DNA of 64,000 nucleotides, from positions 19,467 to 83,466 of the forward strand of contig JAZQAZ010000044.1 of assembly GCA_045545475.1 (NCBI GenBank). Direction: 5' to 3'. How positions within the stretch are numbered: the first letter of the stretch is position 1; every line of letters starts with the position of its first letter. Shown piece after piece: positions 1 through 9,585 of this stretch. The position numbers and the translations under genes are program-made. The notes under the pieces are model-generated. The model saw only the letters and a program-made list of their open reading frames with translations, did no database searches and had not been told where the DNA came from. The stretch is from Clostridia bacterium. Lineage in GTDB: Bacteria > Bacillota > Clostridia > CAKSNL01 > HGM11501.

Positions 1-126
1 TGCGGTTTCAACTAACTCAGAAAGCTCCCGCATGGATTCCTCTGTTGTGTCGCTAAGTCCGTCAAGTGCACCCGTATGCACCCCGGCAATTATCACTTTA
101 TCCTGTTCCTTCAATGTTTCTTCCAT
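1..126 (-). CDS. hflX: GTPase HflX, 5' fragment (runs off the window edge)
   Basis: Not in the ORF track. Manual translation gives MEETLKEQDKVIIAGVHTGALDGLSDTTEESMRELSELVETA, which matches the HflX N-terminal pattern (...SxxELxxLxxTA). RBS AAGGAAGG upstream; alternative ATG at 132. Confidence 0.8.
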   Translation of the reverse strand, partial: MEETLKEQDKVIIAGVHTGALDGLSDTTEESMRELSELVETA

Positions 127-156
127 GCTCATCACCTTCCTTAACAATTTCTTTTT

Positions 157-185
157 AGTATATCATATTTTACGTCCAATGTCAA
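157..185 (-). promoter_or_regulatory. sigma-A promoter for hflX
   Basis: Minus strand TTGACA-17 bp-TATACT with an extended TG. Confidence 0.7.
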
Positions 186-190
186 AACTT

Positions 191-931
191 TCAGCCAATC
201 ACCCACAATTTTAAAAGTGCAAGGCTTTCTCTTAAATAGCAGGATATTAAATTATACCACTGCAAGGGTGCTCCAATATGTGTTACGGATGAAAAGCCGG
301 CATTTTTCGCCATCTGAACGCCCCTTAATATATGAAAGCGGTTTGTTATGACCAAAACGCTGTATTCACCTTCAAAAAGCGTATCCACAATTTCTTTTGA
401 AAACGCCATATTTTCCTCGGTGGAAGTTGCCATTTCCTCTTTTATAATTTTATTCTCCGCCACGCCCTTAGATAATAGATACTTTTCCATGGCGTAAGCT
501 TCCGTCACATCCTCCTGAAGTCCCTTGCCTCCGGTTACGATTATCAGTGCATCCGGATTTTTCTTGTGGTACTCTGCCGCCTTGTCAAGTCTGTACTGCA
601 AAGGAAGTGTCACCCGCTCTCCCTTTACAGCCGCACCTAAAACAATAACCGCATCTTCTTTATACGTGGCGTTATCAGATGTTCCGTATATAGCAATCGT
701 TGCCACAAACAAAAGTTCAACAACAAGCAATGTTAAAGCGATACGCTTAATATATTTAAGCACACCTTTTTCAGTATGCTCTTTTATTTTTTCTTCGAAC
801 ATTCCTAAGAAAAGTAAAAATGTACCAAGCATCAAAGTGAGCATATTCCCTATATTAAAGTTTGCAAATAATGACAAAAATATGCCGTTTATAAAAATTC
901 CGGTGCCAAGTATGATAAATATAACTTTCAT
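191..931 (-). CDS. YdcF/DUF218 family membrane protein
   Basis: N-terminal TM helices; motifs VIVLGA, RLDKA, VTGGKG, EAYAM, STEEN, TNRFHILR, LRE. Start moved to ATG 931 behind AAAGGAG. Confidence 0.85.
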   Translation of the reverse strand: MKVIFIILGTGIFINGIFLSLFANFNIGNMLTLMLGTFLLFLGMFEEKIKEHTEKGVLKYIKRIALTLLVVELLFVATIAIYGTSDNATYKEDAVIVLGAAVKGERVTLPLQYRLDKAAEYHKKNPDALIIVTGGKGLQEDVTEAYAMEKYLLSKGVAENKIIKEEMATSTEENMAFSKEIVDTLFEGEYSVLVITNRFHILRGVQMAKNAGFSSVTHIGAPLQWYNLISCYLRESLALLKLWVIG

Positions 932-944
932 TGTTACTCCTTTG

Positions 945-2093
945 TCAGATGCAATATATAAATGCGGCAATTCTTTTTGCCGACTCAGCTAAAGAGTCCA
1001 TTCTGATATATTCGTTTACAGAATGAATGTTTCCGCCTTCGGTGCCTAAATTATCCACGCAAGGTATTCCGCACTCCGTCACATAAGCTGCATCGGAACC
1101 GCTTAAACATGAACGTGCAGTAAGATGCGGAAGGGCGTTTTCTTTATATATTTCATTCATTTTTTCAAGTAAATTAATATTTTTGTCGCTCATTGCCATT
1201 GCAGGACGGAAGCTTACTTCTTCTAAAGTGCAGGTGCATCCTTCAACAGTTATATTATCGGAAACTTCTTTGCATTTTTTCTTTGCCTCAATAAGCTCCT
1301 CATCCGTTGAAAAGCGGATGTCCGCATAAAATGAGCATTTATCGGCAACAGTATTTGCCTTTGTTCCGCCGCTTATTACACCGCAGTTACAGGTAAGACC
1401 GTCGGGATTCTTCATTTTTTCAAGTTCAATTATTTTATACGCCGCCTCTGCCACGGCATTGGCAGCCTCGGCACAGCGGGATGAGTGAAGTGCCTTTCCG
1501 TGAACGGTAAAGAGGTATCTGATTATTCCCTTTCGCTTGATAACCGCCGTGTTTCCCTTTATTCCCTCAAGGTTAAGAAAAGCTAATGAGCCTTTAGCCT
1601 TTTCGCATATGTATTTTATTGTTTCCTTGTTACTTGTGGCACTGCTGTTTTCCTCGTCGGACTGTAATAAAAGATGAACCGGGCGATTCCTAAAATCGCA
1701 CTCATCAAGAGCCTCCATCGCCATTAACGCCGCAACAATACCGCCTTTGCAATCCATAACGCCGGGACCGTACATATTCTCTTCGTCACGCCTTACAGGA
1801 ACCTTTCCGAAGGAGCCTGCCTGATGCACAGTGTCCATATGACCGGAGACACATATAGGTGTGCCGTCTGCTTTCGAATTAAGAGTAACCGAAACAACAT
1901 CTCCGGATATATCCTGGTGAAAAACCTCAGTTTCCCATCCCTTTTTCTTTGCAAAATCAAGAAAATACTTTCCCACTTCATCAACGCCTTCTTTGAAATC
2001 CGTGGGACTTTCAATCGAGCATACCTCTTCCAGAATATCAAGAAACCTTGCTTTTTTTTCATCTATTTTATCAAATAAATGTTTGCACTTCAT
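945..2093 (-). CDS. M20 family metallopeptidase/amidohydrolase
   Basis: Zinc-ligand motifs GHMDTV, GPGVMDCKGG, DEE, GxxxHS, GSD, IH. Start 2093 chosen from RBS AAAGGAAG. Confidence 0.85.
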   Translation of the reverse strand: MKCKHLFDKIDEKKARFLDILEEVCSIESPTDFKEGVDEVGKYFLDFAKKKGWETEVFHQDISGDVVSVTLNSKADGTPICVSGHMDTVHQAGSFGKVPVRRDEENMYGPGVMDCKGGIVAALMAMEALDECDFRNRPVHLLLQSDEENSSATSNKETIKYICEKAKGSLAFLNLEGIKGNTAVIKRKGIIRYLFTVHGKALHSSRCAEAANAVAEAAYKIIELEKMKNPDGLTCNCGVISGGTKANTVADKCSFYADIRFSTDEELIEAKKKCKEVSDNITVEGCTCTLEEVSFRPAMAMSDKNINLLEKMNEIYKENALPHLTARSCLSGSDAAYVTECGIPCVDNLGTEGGNIHSVNEYIRMDSLAESAKRIAAFIYCI

Positions 2094-2154
2094 GTTTCTC
2101 TTCCTTTCGGTCTCCATAAACCATTATTTTTGTTTCCAATGACATATCTCCTGA

Positions 2155-2886
2155 TTATTCAGCATTTAATACAGCACAGCAAGAGTCAAAGCCAAAATCC
2201 GGGGTTGAAACCCTTTTTACATTTCCCAAGCTGTCTTTTACTTCAATTTCTTTTCCGTTCCAATACAACATTGAAGTCTTACGGCCATCAGGACTTCTGT
2301 AATTCAATGCCGCTACCGGTTTATCCTTATCAGCTCTGTATAAAGTGATGCCTGTATTTTTAAGATAATCGTACTCAATTGCCGCACGTTCGGTGGGCGT
2401 AAACTCTTCTTCAGGCAAATATCTGAAACACAGAGGCGGAGTTTCTTCGTCATACATAACGTCGATTTCAACCAATCTGTGTTCTCTTATCATATTTCCC
2501 AGATAAACGGATTTTGAAATATTCACACTGACCTTACCATTTTCACTCTGATATGCAACAACAGCAAAACCTTCTTCACATTCAATGGGAATAATGTCAT
2601 CGTAAACGGGATATATAAACTGAATAAATCCCATACTCATAAATCCCCACTTGCCATTTTCCGTCAATCTGTATTTATAACCCAAAAGCGTGTTTTCCTT
2701 ATCGCATGACCTAATTTCTCTTACGTCATACATTACTTTTACTGTTTCGTTGTTGCATTCAAAATAAAAAGGCTCACTGTTTTCATCAGTCAGAAAATAT
2801 TTACCTTCTTCTCCACATACAAAAAGCCATTTGATGCATTCCGTTTTTCCGCTTTTCTCTTTCAAATATTTATCAAAACCAGGCAT
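2155..2886 (-). CDS. hypothetical protein with one WG-repeat-like motif
   Basis: 243-aa ORF with RBS AAAGGAG and its own promoter; contains ENGKWGF...PVYDDI. Confidence 0.6.
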   Translation of the reverse strand: MPGFDKYLKEKSGKTECIKWLFVCGEEGKYFLTDENSEPFYFECNNETVKVMYDVREIRSCDKENTLLGYKYRLTENGKWGFMSMGFIQFIYPVYDDIIPIECEEGFAVVAYQSENGKVSVNISKSVYLGNMIREHRLVEIDVMYDEETPPLCFRYLPEEEFTPTERAAIEYDYLKNTGITLYRADKDKPVAALNYRSPDGRKTSMLYWNGKEIEVKDSLGNVKRVSTPDFGFDSCCAVLNAE

Positions 2887-2937
2887 ATATCATAGCTCCT
2901 TTTCTCACAGTTCTGCTTTATAACAAAAACTGTTTTT

Positions 2938-2966
2938 AGTATACCACATATATTTGCTCATTTCAA
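2938..2966 (-). promoter_or_regulatory. sigma-A-like promoter
   Basis: Minus strand TTGAAA-17 bp-TATACT with an extended TG. Confidence 0.55.
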
Positions 2967-2967
2967 G

Positions 2968-2998
2968 AAAAAGAGCGGGAAATTCCCGCTCTTTTTTT
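2968..2998. terminator. intrinsic terminator downstream of the QueG-like pair
   Basis: Hairpin AAAAAGAGCGGGA-AAT-TCCCGCTCTTTTT. Confidence 0.8.
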
Positions 2999-4106
2999 AC
3001 TTTTTCTTATACTCGTTTTCCCTTATACCGGGATATTTTTCGTCAAGATATTTTTCTCTGTAGGGGTTTACGCCGTCTGACACAGATTCCGGCTTATTTG
3101 AAAGAAGCCAGCTTTCCTTTTTGTAAAACTTATTCTTAAAGGTATTTTCAATTCTGCCCGTTTTTTCAAGGGCATCCATGCAGGCACGGATGCATCCCCT
3201 TGCACCGCAGATTGCAAAATATCCGGTATGCCCCAATATATAGTTATAGTATTCCATAACCGCATTGGTTTCAGGCTTTCTTCCCCATTTTGCCCCCGCC
3301 AGGGAATAGCTTAAAATATACGCCTCTTCCTCTGTCATATCGGAGTTTCTCACGTCGAACGCCATATTGGGAAATTCCTTTTTAAGGAAGGGCGAACATT
3401 CATTGTTAAGTCCGTGATGCGAAAGGGTACAACGCCCCATCTGAACATCGCCGTACCACACCTTTTTTTCGCCGTAGTCAACTTCGATTCTCTTTTCCTT
3501 GTCCTTAAGGGACGGAACGGCATTACCGGGGCACATTTTAACGCAGGCACCGCAATGAAGGCATATATCGCCCGTGTCTAAAATCGGATCGGGCGTAAGT
3601 TCACAATCGGTAAAAATCAGTCCGATTCTTACGCGGGGACCGAATTTCTTTGTAAGAAATACCTTGGAATAGCCTATTTCACCAAGACCGCAGCCTGCCG
3701 CAATAAGCCTTACGGAGCAAACCACATCGGCGGGAACCTTTCCTTCCGCCACAGGCTCTCTCGTTACGCCGTTACCCTCCGGCACCGCAGGATAGTGAAG
3801 TGCCGCCTCATAGCCGTTGTCCTCAATAAAGCAGGCAAGTTCATAACTCTTTTTCGGGCGGAAAAGGGAATTTAATTTGTTATAGGAATAAAAGGTGTAG
3901 TTATGCCAGTGTGTACCTTCTTCAATACCTCTGTATGTACCTCTCGGGATTCGCATTGCAATGGCAATAACCGACTTTGCACCGGGAAAATAGGTTTCGG
4001 GAGACATAAGCTTCGGAGCATTTTTAAATCGTTCGATGTTTCCGATGGCTATGCAGTCAATACCAAGCTCTTTTGCCTTTTCCTTAATCATTTCGCTTGT
4101 AAGCAT
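2997..4106 (-). CDS. QueG/reductive-dehalogenase-like 2x[4Fe-4S] protein (probably cobalamin-binding)
   Basis: AAGCGLGEIGYS, KFGPRVR, IFTD, CLHCGACVKMCPG and C...CGARGCIRAC. Start MLTSEMIK at 4106, coupled to the upstream stop codon. Confidence 0.75.
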   Translation of the reverse strand: MLTSEMIKEKAKELGIDCIAIGNIERFKNAPKLMSPETYFPGAKSVIAIAMRIPRGTYRGIEEGTHWHNYTFYSYNKLNSLFRPKKSYELACFIEDNGYEAALHYPAVPEGNGVTREPVAEGKVPADVVCSVRLIAAGCGLGEIGYSKVFLTKKFGPRVRIGLIFTDCELTPDPILDTGDICLHCGACVKMCPGNAVPSLKDKEKRIEVDYGEKKVWYGDVQMGRCTLSHHGLNNECSPFLKKEFPNMAFDVRNSDMTEEEAYILSYSLAGAKWGRKPETNAVMEYYNYILGHTGYFAICGARGCIRACMDALEKTGRIENTFKNKFYKKESWLLSNKPESVSDGVNPYREKYLDEKYPGIRENEYKKK

Positions 4107-4107
4107 A

Positions 4108-5022
4108 TCAGTGGCCTCTCTTTCCGTCCTTTGAAAAGGCACCGCCAAGAACATTTGCAGAATCGGTATCCCTCGCTTTGGATTTACCTTCTTCGCCTAT
4201 CGCCCAGGCATCACGCTGTCTGAAAGGATTGTCAAAGAGATTACCGACAAGCCCCACTTCCTCCAAATGGCACATACAAGTTCTGTTGCAAAGTGCCGCT
4301 ACTCTGTCGGGTGCACCTGCCGACGTAAATCTGTTGGGAATTGCACCATTTTTGCATATTTTGCATTTTTCATAATCAATAACGGCAATTTCCATCTTTT
4401 TACCGCAGATTTCGACGGTTTTAGTTTCCGTTTTACTGATAGCTCCCAGGGGGCAGGAATCCGCACACTTTCTGCACTTGTCGCACACACTTCTTTCAAG
4501 AAGAGGAGTTGAGGGAATTTCCGCATCGGTTATTATCATATGAAATCTCTGGCGTGAGCCGAATTTTTCCGAGAAAACCATTCCGCTGTAGGAAAGCTCG
4601 CAAAGTCCCGTTGCAACAGCCGCATAGGCAAAGTCGGGAAATACGTTGGGTGCAACTCTTCCCTCGGCAACGGAAACACCTGTTGGTGCTATCTCCGAAG
4701 GATTGGGGAAAACGGGCACTGCCTCATAGCCGTTATCCTCAAGTACGTTGGTAAGGTTATAGCAGGCGATTGCCAAAAACTCATCCTCAAGCCAGTTTTT
4801 GCCGAAAAGTGCATAGTCGCTGAAGTTTGTTCCTTCCTCCACGCCACGAAGCGAGCCGCGGCAGATTCTCTTTCCCAGCATAATTACGGTTTTACCCTCG
4901 GGGAAAATGGAAAACGGGTTATGCTCTGCCTCTACCCCTTCAAATCTTTCTTTTCCCGCAAAGCCTATTAAATCAATACCTTCCTTTTTAACGGCTTCTT
5001 CAATTATTTCTTTAAGTTCCAT
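4108..5022 (-). CDS. QueG/reductive-dehalogenase-like 2x[4Fe-4S] protein
   Basis: AAVATGL, KFGSRQRF, IITD, CDKCRKCADSCPLG and CKIC...CNRTC. Confidence 0.75.
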   Translation of the reverse strand: MELKEIIEEAVKKEGIDLIGFAGKERFEGVEAEHNPFSIFPEGKTVIMLGKRICRGSLRGVEEGTNFSDYALFGKNWLEDEFLAIACYNLTNVLEDNGYEAVPVFPNPSEIAPTGVSVAEGRVAPNVFPDFAYAAVATGLCELSYSGMVFSEKFGSRQRFHMIITDAEIPSTPLLERSVCDKCRKCADSCPLGAISKTETKTVEICGKKMEIAVIDYEKCKICKNGAIPNRFTSAGAPDRVAALCNRTCMCHLEEVGLVGNLFDNPFRQRDAWAIGEEGKSKARDTDSANVLGGAFSKDGKRGH

Positions 5023-5169
5023 AAAAAACTCTCCTTTCGCTTTATAAAAACAGTATATTACCGAAAATGGTTCATTTCAAGCTCAAATAACATAACATAT
5101 TTTAGAAAAACGAAACTTGCATTTTTTCATTTTTCGTGCTACACTTATTTCAAAGCATTCAAAAAAGAG

Positions 5170-5937
5170 GTGTTTTTATTGGATTTATTTGAAAATTCCG
5201 CTGTTTTATCCTTTGATGTTTTCCCCGTAGAATTCAAGAAAAAAGAAACCGTTTTTGTTCCGGGGCGTAAGTTTCACTCCCTTACATTCAGAAAAAGCGG
5301 GAAAATAACCATCACCGAATCGGACAAAACTCTTATTTCAGATGCATCTTCCGTCACCTATGTCCCGAAGGGCGTGGGCTATCATACCGAGGTTACGGAA
5401 TCGGGCAGTATGATTGTTATTCATTTCAATCTGGCAAAAGATGATGTTTCCGATAAAATAAAAGTCTTCACGCCGAAAAATTCTGCCATGCTTCTGAATC
5501 TCTTTTCCGCCCTTTTAAAAGGCTACAACGCGGGAAATCCCATAGACTATGCCTCTTTTTCTGTTTTCTATGAAATTTTAGCCACCATAAGTCGTGAGGC
5601 ATCAATCTCTGTTTCCCCGAGAATGCAAAAGATAAAGGAATATATCGACAAAAACTTTCAGAATCCAACACTTTCTGTCAGCCTTATTGCGGAAAAATTC
5701 GGCATAAGCGAGGTTTATTTAAGGCGGGAGTTTAAGGATTCTTTTGATATAACGCCCCTTTCCCACATAAATAAAATACGCCTTGAAAATGCAAAGGCTA
5801 TGCTTAAAACGGGCTATTACTCCGTGGGCACGGTTTCCGAAAACTGCGGATATCTTTCCTTAAGCTATTTTTCCTACGCCTTCCGAAATGCCGTGGGACT
5901 TTCACCGTCGGAATATATGAAAAATCACCTATTATAA
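5170..5937 (+). CDS. AraC family transcriptional regulator
   Basis: C-terminal double HTH (SEVYLRREFK...GYLSLSYFSYAFRNAVGLSPSEY) and cupin-like N-terminus; GTG start. Confidence 0.9.
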   Translation: MFLLDLFENSAVLSFDVFPVEFKKKETVFVPGRKFHSLTFRKSGKITITESDKTLISDASSVTYVPKGVGYHTEVTESGSMIVIHFNLAKDDVSDKIKVFTPKNSAMLLNLFSALLKGYNAGNPIDYASFSVFYEILATISREASISVSPRMQKIKEYIDKNFQNPTLSVSLIAEKFGISEVYLRREFKDSFDITPLSHINKIRLENAKAMLKTGYYSVGTVSENCGYLSLSYFSYAFRNAVGLSPSEYMKNHLL

Positions 5938-5950
5938 TTCCCCGGGAAAT

Positions 5951-5982
5951 AAAAAAACGGTCTGGAAATCCAGACCGTTTTT
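5951..5982. terminator. bidirectional intrinsic terminator
   Basis: AAAAACGGTCTGG-AAAT-CCAGACCGTTTTT between convergent genes. Confidence 0.85.
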
Positions 5983-5983
5983 A

Positions 5984-7063
5984 TTACTTGGTTATTTTGT
6001 TTTTGCCTGTCTTTTTCGATGTATAAAGGTTATCGTCAGCTCTGTCAAAAAATGTTTCTATCGTTTCATCTGCCTGATATTTTGCAATTCCGGAAGAAAA
6101 CGTAAGACTCTTATCCGTAAATTCAAAGCGGTATTCATAAAAGTTCTTCATCGCCGACCTTACGATTTCTTCCGCCTTTTCCAAAGACTTTCCGCAAAGT
6201 ATAAGGGCAAATTCCTCCCCTCCGAAACGGCAGGCATAGTCGTTTTCGTCGCATACTCCCTTAAGAATGCCCGCAAGGGCTTTCAAAACATCGTCGCCCT
6301 CGTCATGACCGTATGTATCGTTTATATTCTTGAAATCGTCAATGTCTATCATAACAAGGCTTAAGTCCTTTGTGCCGTTTTCGCTATTTTCAATGGCAGG
6401 CACAAGCCTTTCGTAAAACGCTTCGTGGTTGAAAAGTCCCGTCATCTGATCTAAATCAATTTCTTCTTCAAGCCTGTCATTTTCCATCGCCTGCTTTTCT
6501 ATAAGTGAAAAATTTCTTTCGGAAAAGTTAATAGAAAGAATGCCACACAAGTATGAAACAGCAATAAGTCCGTACACAACAATTATATTGATAAGCATGG
6601 TAACATCAATTTTTCTTTCAGCAAAAAGCGTTGCCACAGAAACGGAAACCAAAATCAATGAAGACCACAAACTCTGCTTCAAGATTACTTTATCGTTGTA
6701 CAATGCAGATAAAATTATAGGAAAAACATAGGAACAGCCGGTTACAATATAATCCCTATGGATAAGGGACACCACAAAGCTTGTGGCGATCATTGCGTAA
6801 ATAATTGAATAATTTTTAAGATTGTGGTTTACTGATTCGGATTTACACAGCCACCTTGCCGCCATATGTGCCAAAAAGTTTAATATTATGGGAAACACCA
6901 CATTAAGCCATAAATAGTGGCTTCTCAAAGAAAGGCTGTGAAGCCCCATATGTACGAAAATAAAGTACGCCGCAATTTCTGCTACAGAAACAATAGCCAC
7001 CGTTCCTGCGTGTACCATTAAAAGCTGTTTTCTGTACTCTTTTATAAGTTCTTCGTTGTTCAT
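5984..7063 (-). CDS. membrane-bound diguanylate cyclase (GGDEF)
   Basis: About 6 TM segments; DQMTGLFN, DIDDFKNINDTYGHDEGD, RFGGEEF. Confidence 0.9.
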   Translation of the reverse strand: MNNEELIKEYRKQLLMVHAGTVAIVSVAEIAAYFIFVHMGLHSLSLRSHYLWLNVVFPIILNFLAHMAARWLCKSESVNHNLKNYSIIYAMIATSFVVSLIHRDYIVTGCSYVFPIILSALYNDKVILKQSLWSSLILVSVSVATLFAERKIDVTMLINIIVVYGLIAVSYLCGILSINFSERNFSLIEKQAMENDRLEEEIDLDQMTGLFNHEAFYERLVPAIENSENGTKDLSLVMIDIDDFKNINDTYGHDEGDDVLKALAGILKGVCDENDYACRFGGEEFALILCGKSLEKAEEIVRSAMKNFYEYRFEFTDKSLTFSSGIAKYQADETIETFFDRADDNLYTSKKTGKNKITK

Positions 7064-7067
7064 TTCA

Positions 7068-7919
7068 TCATTCCTGTTCGTCTTTTATTTTTTCGTTTAC
7101 CGTTATAACCACAAGCTCCGGTCTGTTAAATATTCTCGGCAAAACCGTATTTTCCCGTGACAGACCTCTGCTCACAATCATTTTCCCGCTTTCAAACTCA
7201 TAAAGTCCTCCTGCCATCTTCGGAAAGAACCCTTCACCCGGAGAATATAAGCCGTTTAGTATAAAGGGGATTCTTACTTGTCCTCCGTGAGCGTGTCCCG
7301 ATAAAACCAGGTCAAAATTGTAATTAAAATACTTTTCCGCAAGCTCGGGTCGGTGAGCAAGCAATATATTAAAGCAATCGTCACTTGCCTCTGCTCCGAC
7401 AAAGGCAAGCTGCTCATAAAACCCGATATGATTTTTATCCGCTTCATCGACCTCGGGATCATCAGTTCCGCTGATTGACACTTTGTTTCCGTTTATTTCG
7501 AGACTTTTAACATTGCCCCTTAAAACCTTTACATCTCTGTCTTCAATCCGTGAAAATATCCCCAACGTATCAGTTCCCCACCACTCGTGGTTTCCGCTTA
7601 CGTAAAAGGTTTCATACTTTCCTTTAAGTCCGTCTATCAAATCATAGCTTCCCCCGGTATTGTATTTATCGTCAAAAATGTCACCGCAAAGAAGCACTGC
7701 ATCGGGTTTTGCTTTTTCAATTTCTTCCAACAACTCCGATTGCCTTTGTCCGTACTCGCATCCGTGAAGGTCTGATATTAAAACGAAGGTGATATTCCCC
7801 GAAATCTTTTCGCTTTCAAGTGTGTAATTTACCACCTTAAGCCTTGAATCAAATGCCGCAATAACAAGCAGAATAACTCCGATAATTATCAAAAAATACT
7901 TTAACTTTTTTATTTTCAA
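7068..7919 (-). CDS. calcineurin-like metallophosphoesterase (YkuE-like)
   Basis: DLH, GD, GNHE, H and GHAHGGQ motifs; N-terminal membrane anchor. Confidence 0.9.
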   Translation of the reverse strand: MKIKKLKYFLIIIGVILLVIAAFDSRLKVVNYTLESEKISGNITFVLISDLHGCEYGQRQSELLEEIEKAKPDAVLLCGDIFDDKYNTGGSYDLIDGLKGKYETFYVSGNHEWWGTDTLGIFSRIEDRDVKVLRGNVKSLEINGNKVSISGTDDPEVDEADKNHIGFYEQLAFVGAEASDDCFNILLAHRPELAEKYFNYNFDLVLSGHAHGGQVRIPFILNGLYSPGEGFFPKMAGGLYEFESGKMIVSRGLSRENTVLPRIFNRPELVVITVNEKIKDEQE

Positions 7920-7933
7920 TATGCATTCTCCTT

Positions 7934-8812
7934 TTACAGGATATCTACGGAAAACAAATCCATATCCTCCATCATCGGTGCTTCAATTGTCATCTCTTCG
8001 TCGGTTATAGGATGGCAAAAGGAAATTTCACTGCAATGAAGGCGTACTCTTTCATTCTTTTGTGCCGCACCGTATAAATCGTCGCCGTAGATGGGATTTC
8101 CCATATAGGAAAGATGCACCCTTATCTGATGGGTTCTCCCCGTAAGCGGTGAAAGCTTTACAAGAGAATAGTCACCGTTTGATTGAAGTGTTTCATAGAA
8201 GGTTATCGCCTCTTTTCCAAGCGGCGTAACACACCTTAAAATAACACTTTCTTCCCTTCTGCCTATAGGTGCGTTTATCTCTCCCTTTTCCGGGTTCATC
8301 CTTCCGTTTACCAGTGCCAGATATTCCTTTTTAATGCTTCCTTTTTTCATTGCTTCACCGAGGATTGCCCCGGAAAGCGGATTTTTTGCAAGAAGCACAA
8401 CGCCCGATGTATCCTTATCAAGCCTTGTTATCACACGGAAGGTAAAATCTTCGCCTAAAAAATAATGCATCAACGCATTGGCAAGCGTATCCCCGTGATG
8501 GTTCTGCGACGGGTGTATCGGCATATTCCTCGGCTTATTTACTGCAATTATGTCCTCATCCTCATAAAGCACCGAAAGCGGTATGTCTGATGGGGCAATA
8601 TCGCTTCTTTTATCTTTTAATGTTATTAAAAGCCTGTCCCCCGTCTTCACCTTTTCATTAACGAAAACCTTTTTTCCGGAAAGCTTAATGCCGTCTTCGG
8701 ACTCTTTAAGTTCCTTTATAAGAGTGGAAGATACTCCATTTCTATGAAGTAATTCCTTTACCGTTTTTCCCGATAGTGTATCGTCAATTAAAATTTCAAA
8801 TTTCTTATCCAT
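7934..8812 (-). CDS. RluA/RluD family pseudouridine synthase
   Basis: VNKP, TRLDKDTSG (catalytic Asp), TGRTHQIRVH, GDDLYG. Confidence 0.92.
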   Translation of the reverse strand: MDKKFEILIDDTLSGKTVKELLHRNGVSSTLIKELKESEDGIKLSGKKVFVNEKVKTGDRLLITLKDKRSDIAPSDIPLSVLYEDEDIIAVNKPRNMPIHPSQNHHGDTLANALMHYFLGEDFTFRVITRLDKDTSGVVLLAKNPLSGAILGEAMKKGSIKKEYLALVNGRMNPEKGEINAPIGRREESVILRCVTPLGKEAITFYETLQSNGDYSLVKLSPLTGRTHQIRVHLSYMGNPIYGDDLYGAAQKNERVRLHCSEISFCHPITDEEMTIEAPMMEDMDLFSVDIL

Positions 8813-8813
8813 A

Positions 8814-9551
8814 TCACAATGCATATTTTTCGGCAAACTCAATCAAAGGAGAGTGGTCGCTCAATCCGTGGGGATGATGACCGCAACCCTCTTTGCCGTA
8901 AACCTCAATTATTCCGCCGTTTTCACGGTAATATTTTTCAAAAATCCCTCCGTTTTCCTCATACGGAACGATTATATCGCTGTCACCGTACACCATAATA
9001 ACCGGAATGTTTGCCTTTAATATAAGATGCATTTTATCTATGGGATTTTCTCTGTAGCTTATAAGCTTATCCAATGTTATTCCGGTGGCTTCTGTCATTT
9101 CCTGCATCATTCCGCCTCCCGCCAGGCTATAGTCAGCTTTGCCGAGACCTGCAGGGCAGGATAAAAGATTCATAACCGGAGCATCAAGATAAGGCGCCGA
9201 TACCATTTCGGGATATTTTGCCGTAAGCTTGCTTGCAATGAGTCCGCCACAGCTCATTCCCACGGGAATGCACTTTTCATAAAGTCCGAATTTTTCTTTG
9301 AGATATGCTGCAAACTCCCTTTTTAAGTCAAGGTCTGAATCCAGGCACCATCTGGTTATATTTTTTATATATGCAAGATGCCATCCGCGTTTTACCATTT
9401 CTGCTTCAAATTCAGGAAAGGCGTGAAAATATTCGGTTTTAAAAAGCCAGTTTTTATTTTCGTTAGGCTTATCGGGAAAAACAACCGTCGCTTCCCTTCC
9501 CTTAAATTCAAAGTCTATTCTCTTAAAGCCAAACCAAAGCGATTCCGTCAT
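8814..9551 (-). CDS. alpha/beta hydrolase
   Basis: GMSCGG nucleophile elbow, GDSD, GHHPHG. Start moved to 9551 because the longer ORF overlaps uvrA. Confidence 0.8.
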   Translation of the reverse strand: MTESLWFGFKRIDFEFKGREATVVFPDKPNENKNWLFKTEYFHAFPEFEAEMVKRGWHLAYIKNITRWCLDSDLDLKREFAAYLKEKFGLYEKCIPVGMSCGGLIASKLTAKYPEMVSAPYLDAPVMNLLSCPAGLGKADYSLAGGGMMQEMTEATGITLDKLISYRENPIDKMHLILKANIPVIMVYGDSDIIVPYEENGGIFEKYYRENGGIIEVYGKEGCGHHPHGLSDHSPLIEFAEKYAL

Positions 9552-9585
9552 ACCATAAGCTCCTTCCTTTTTAATCTGATAAGTA

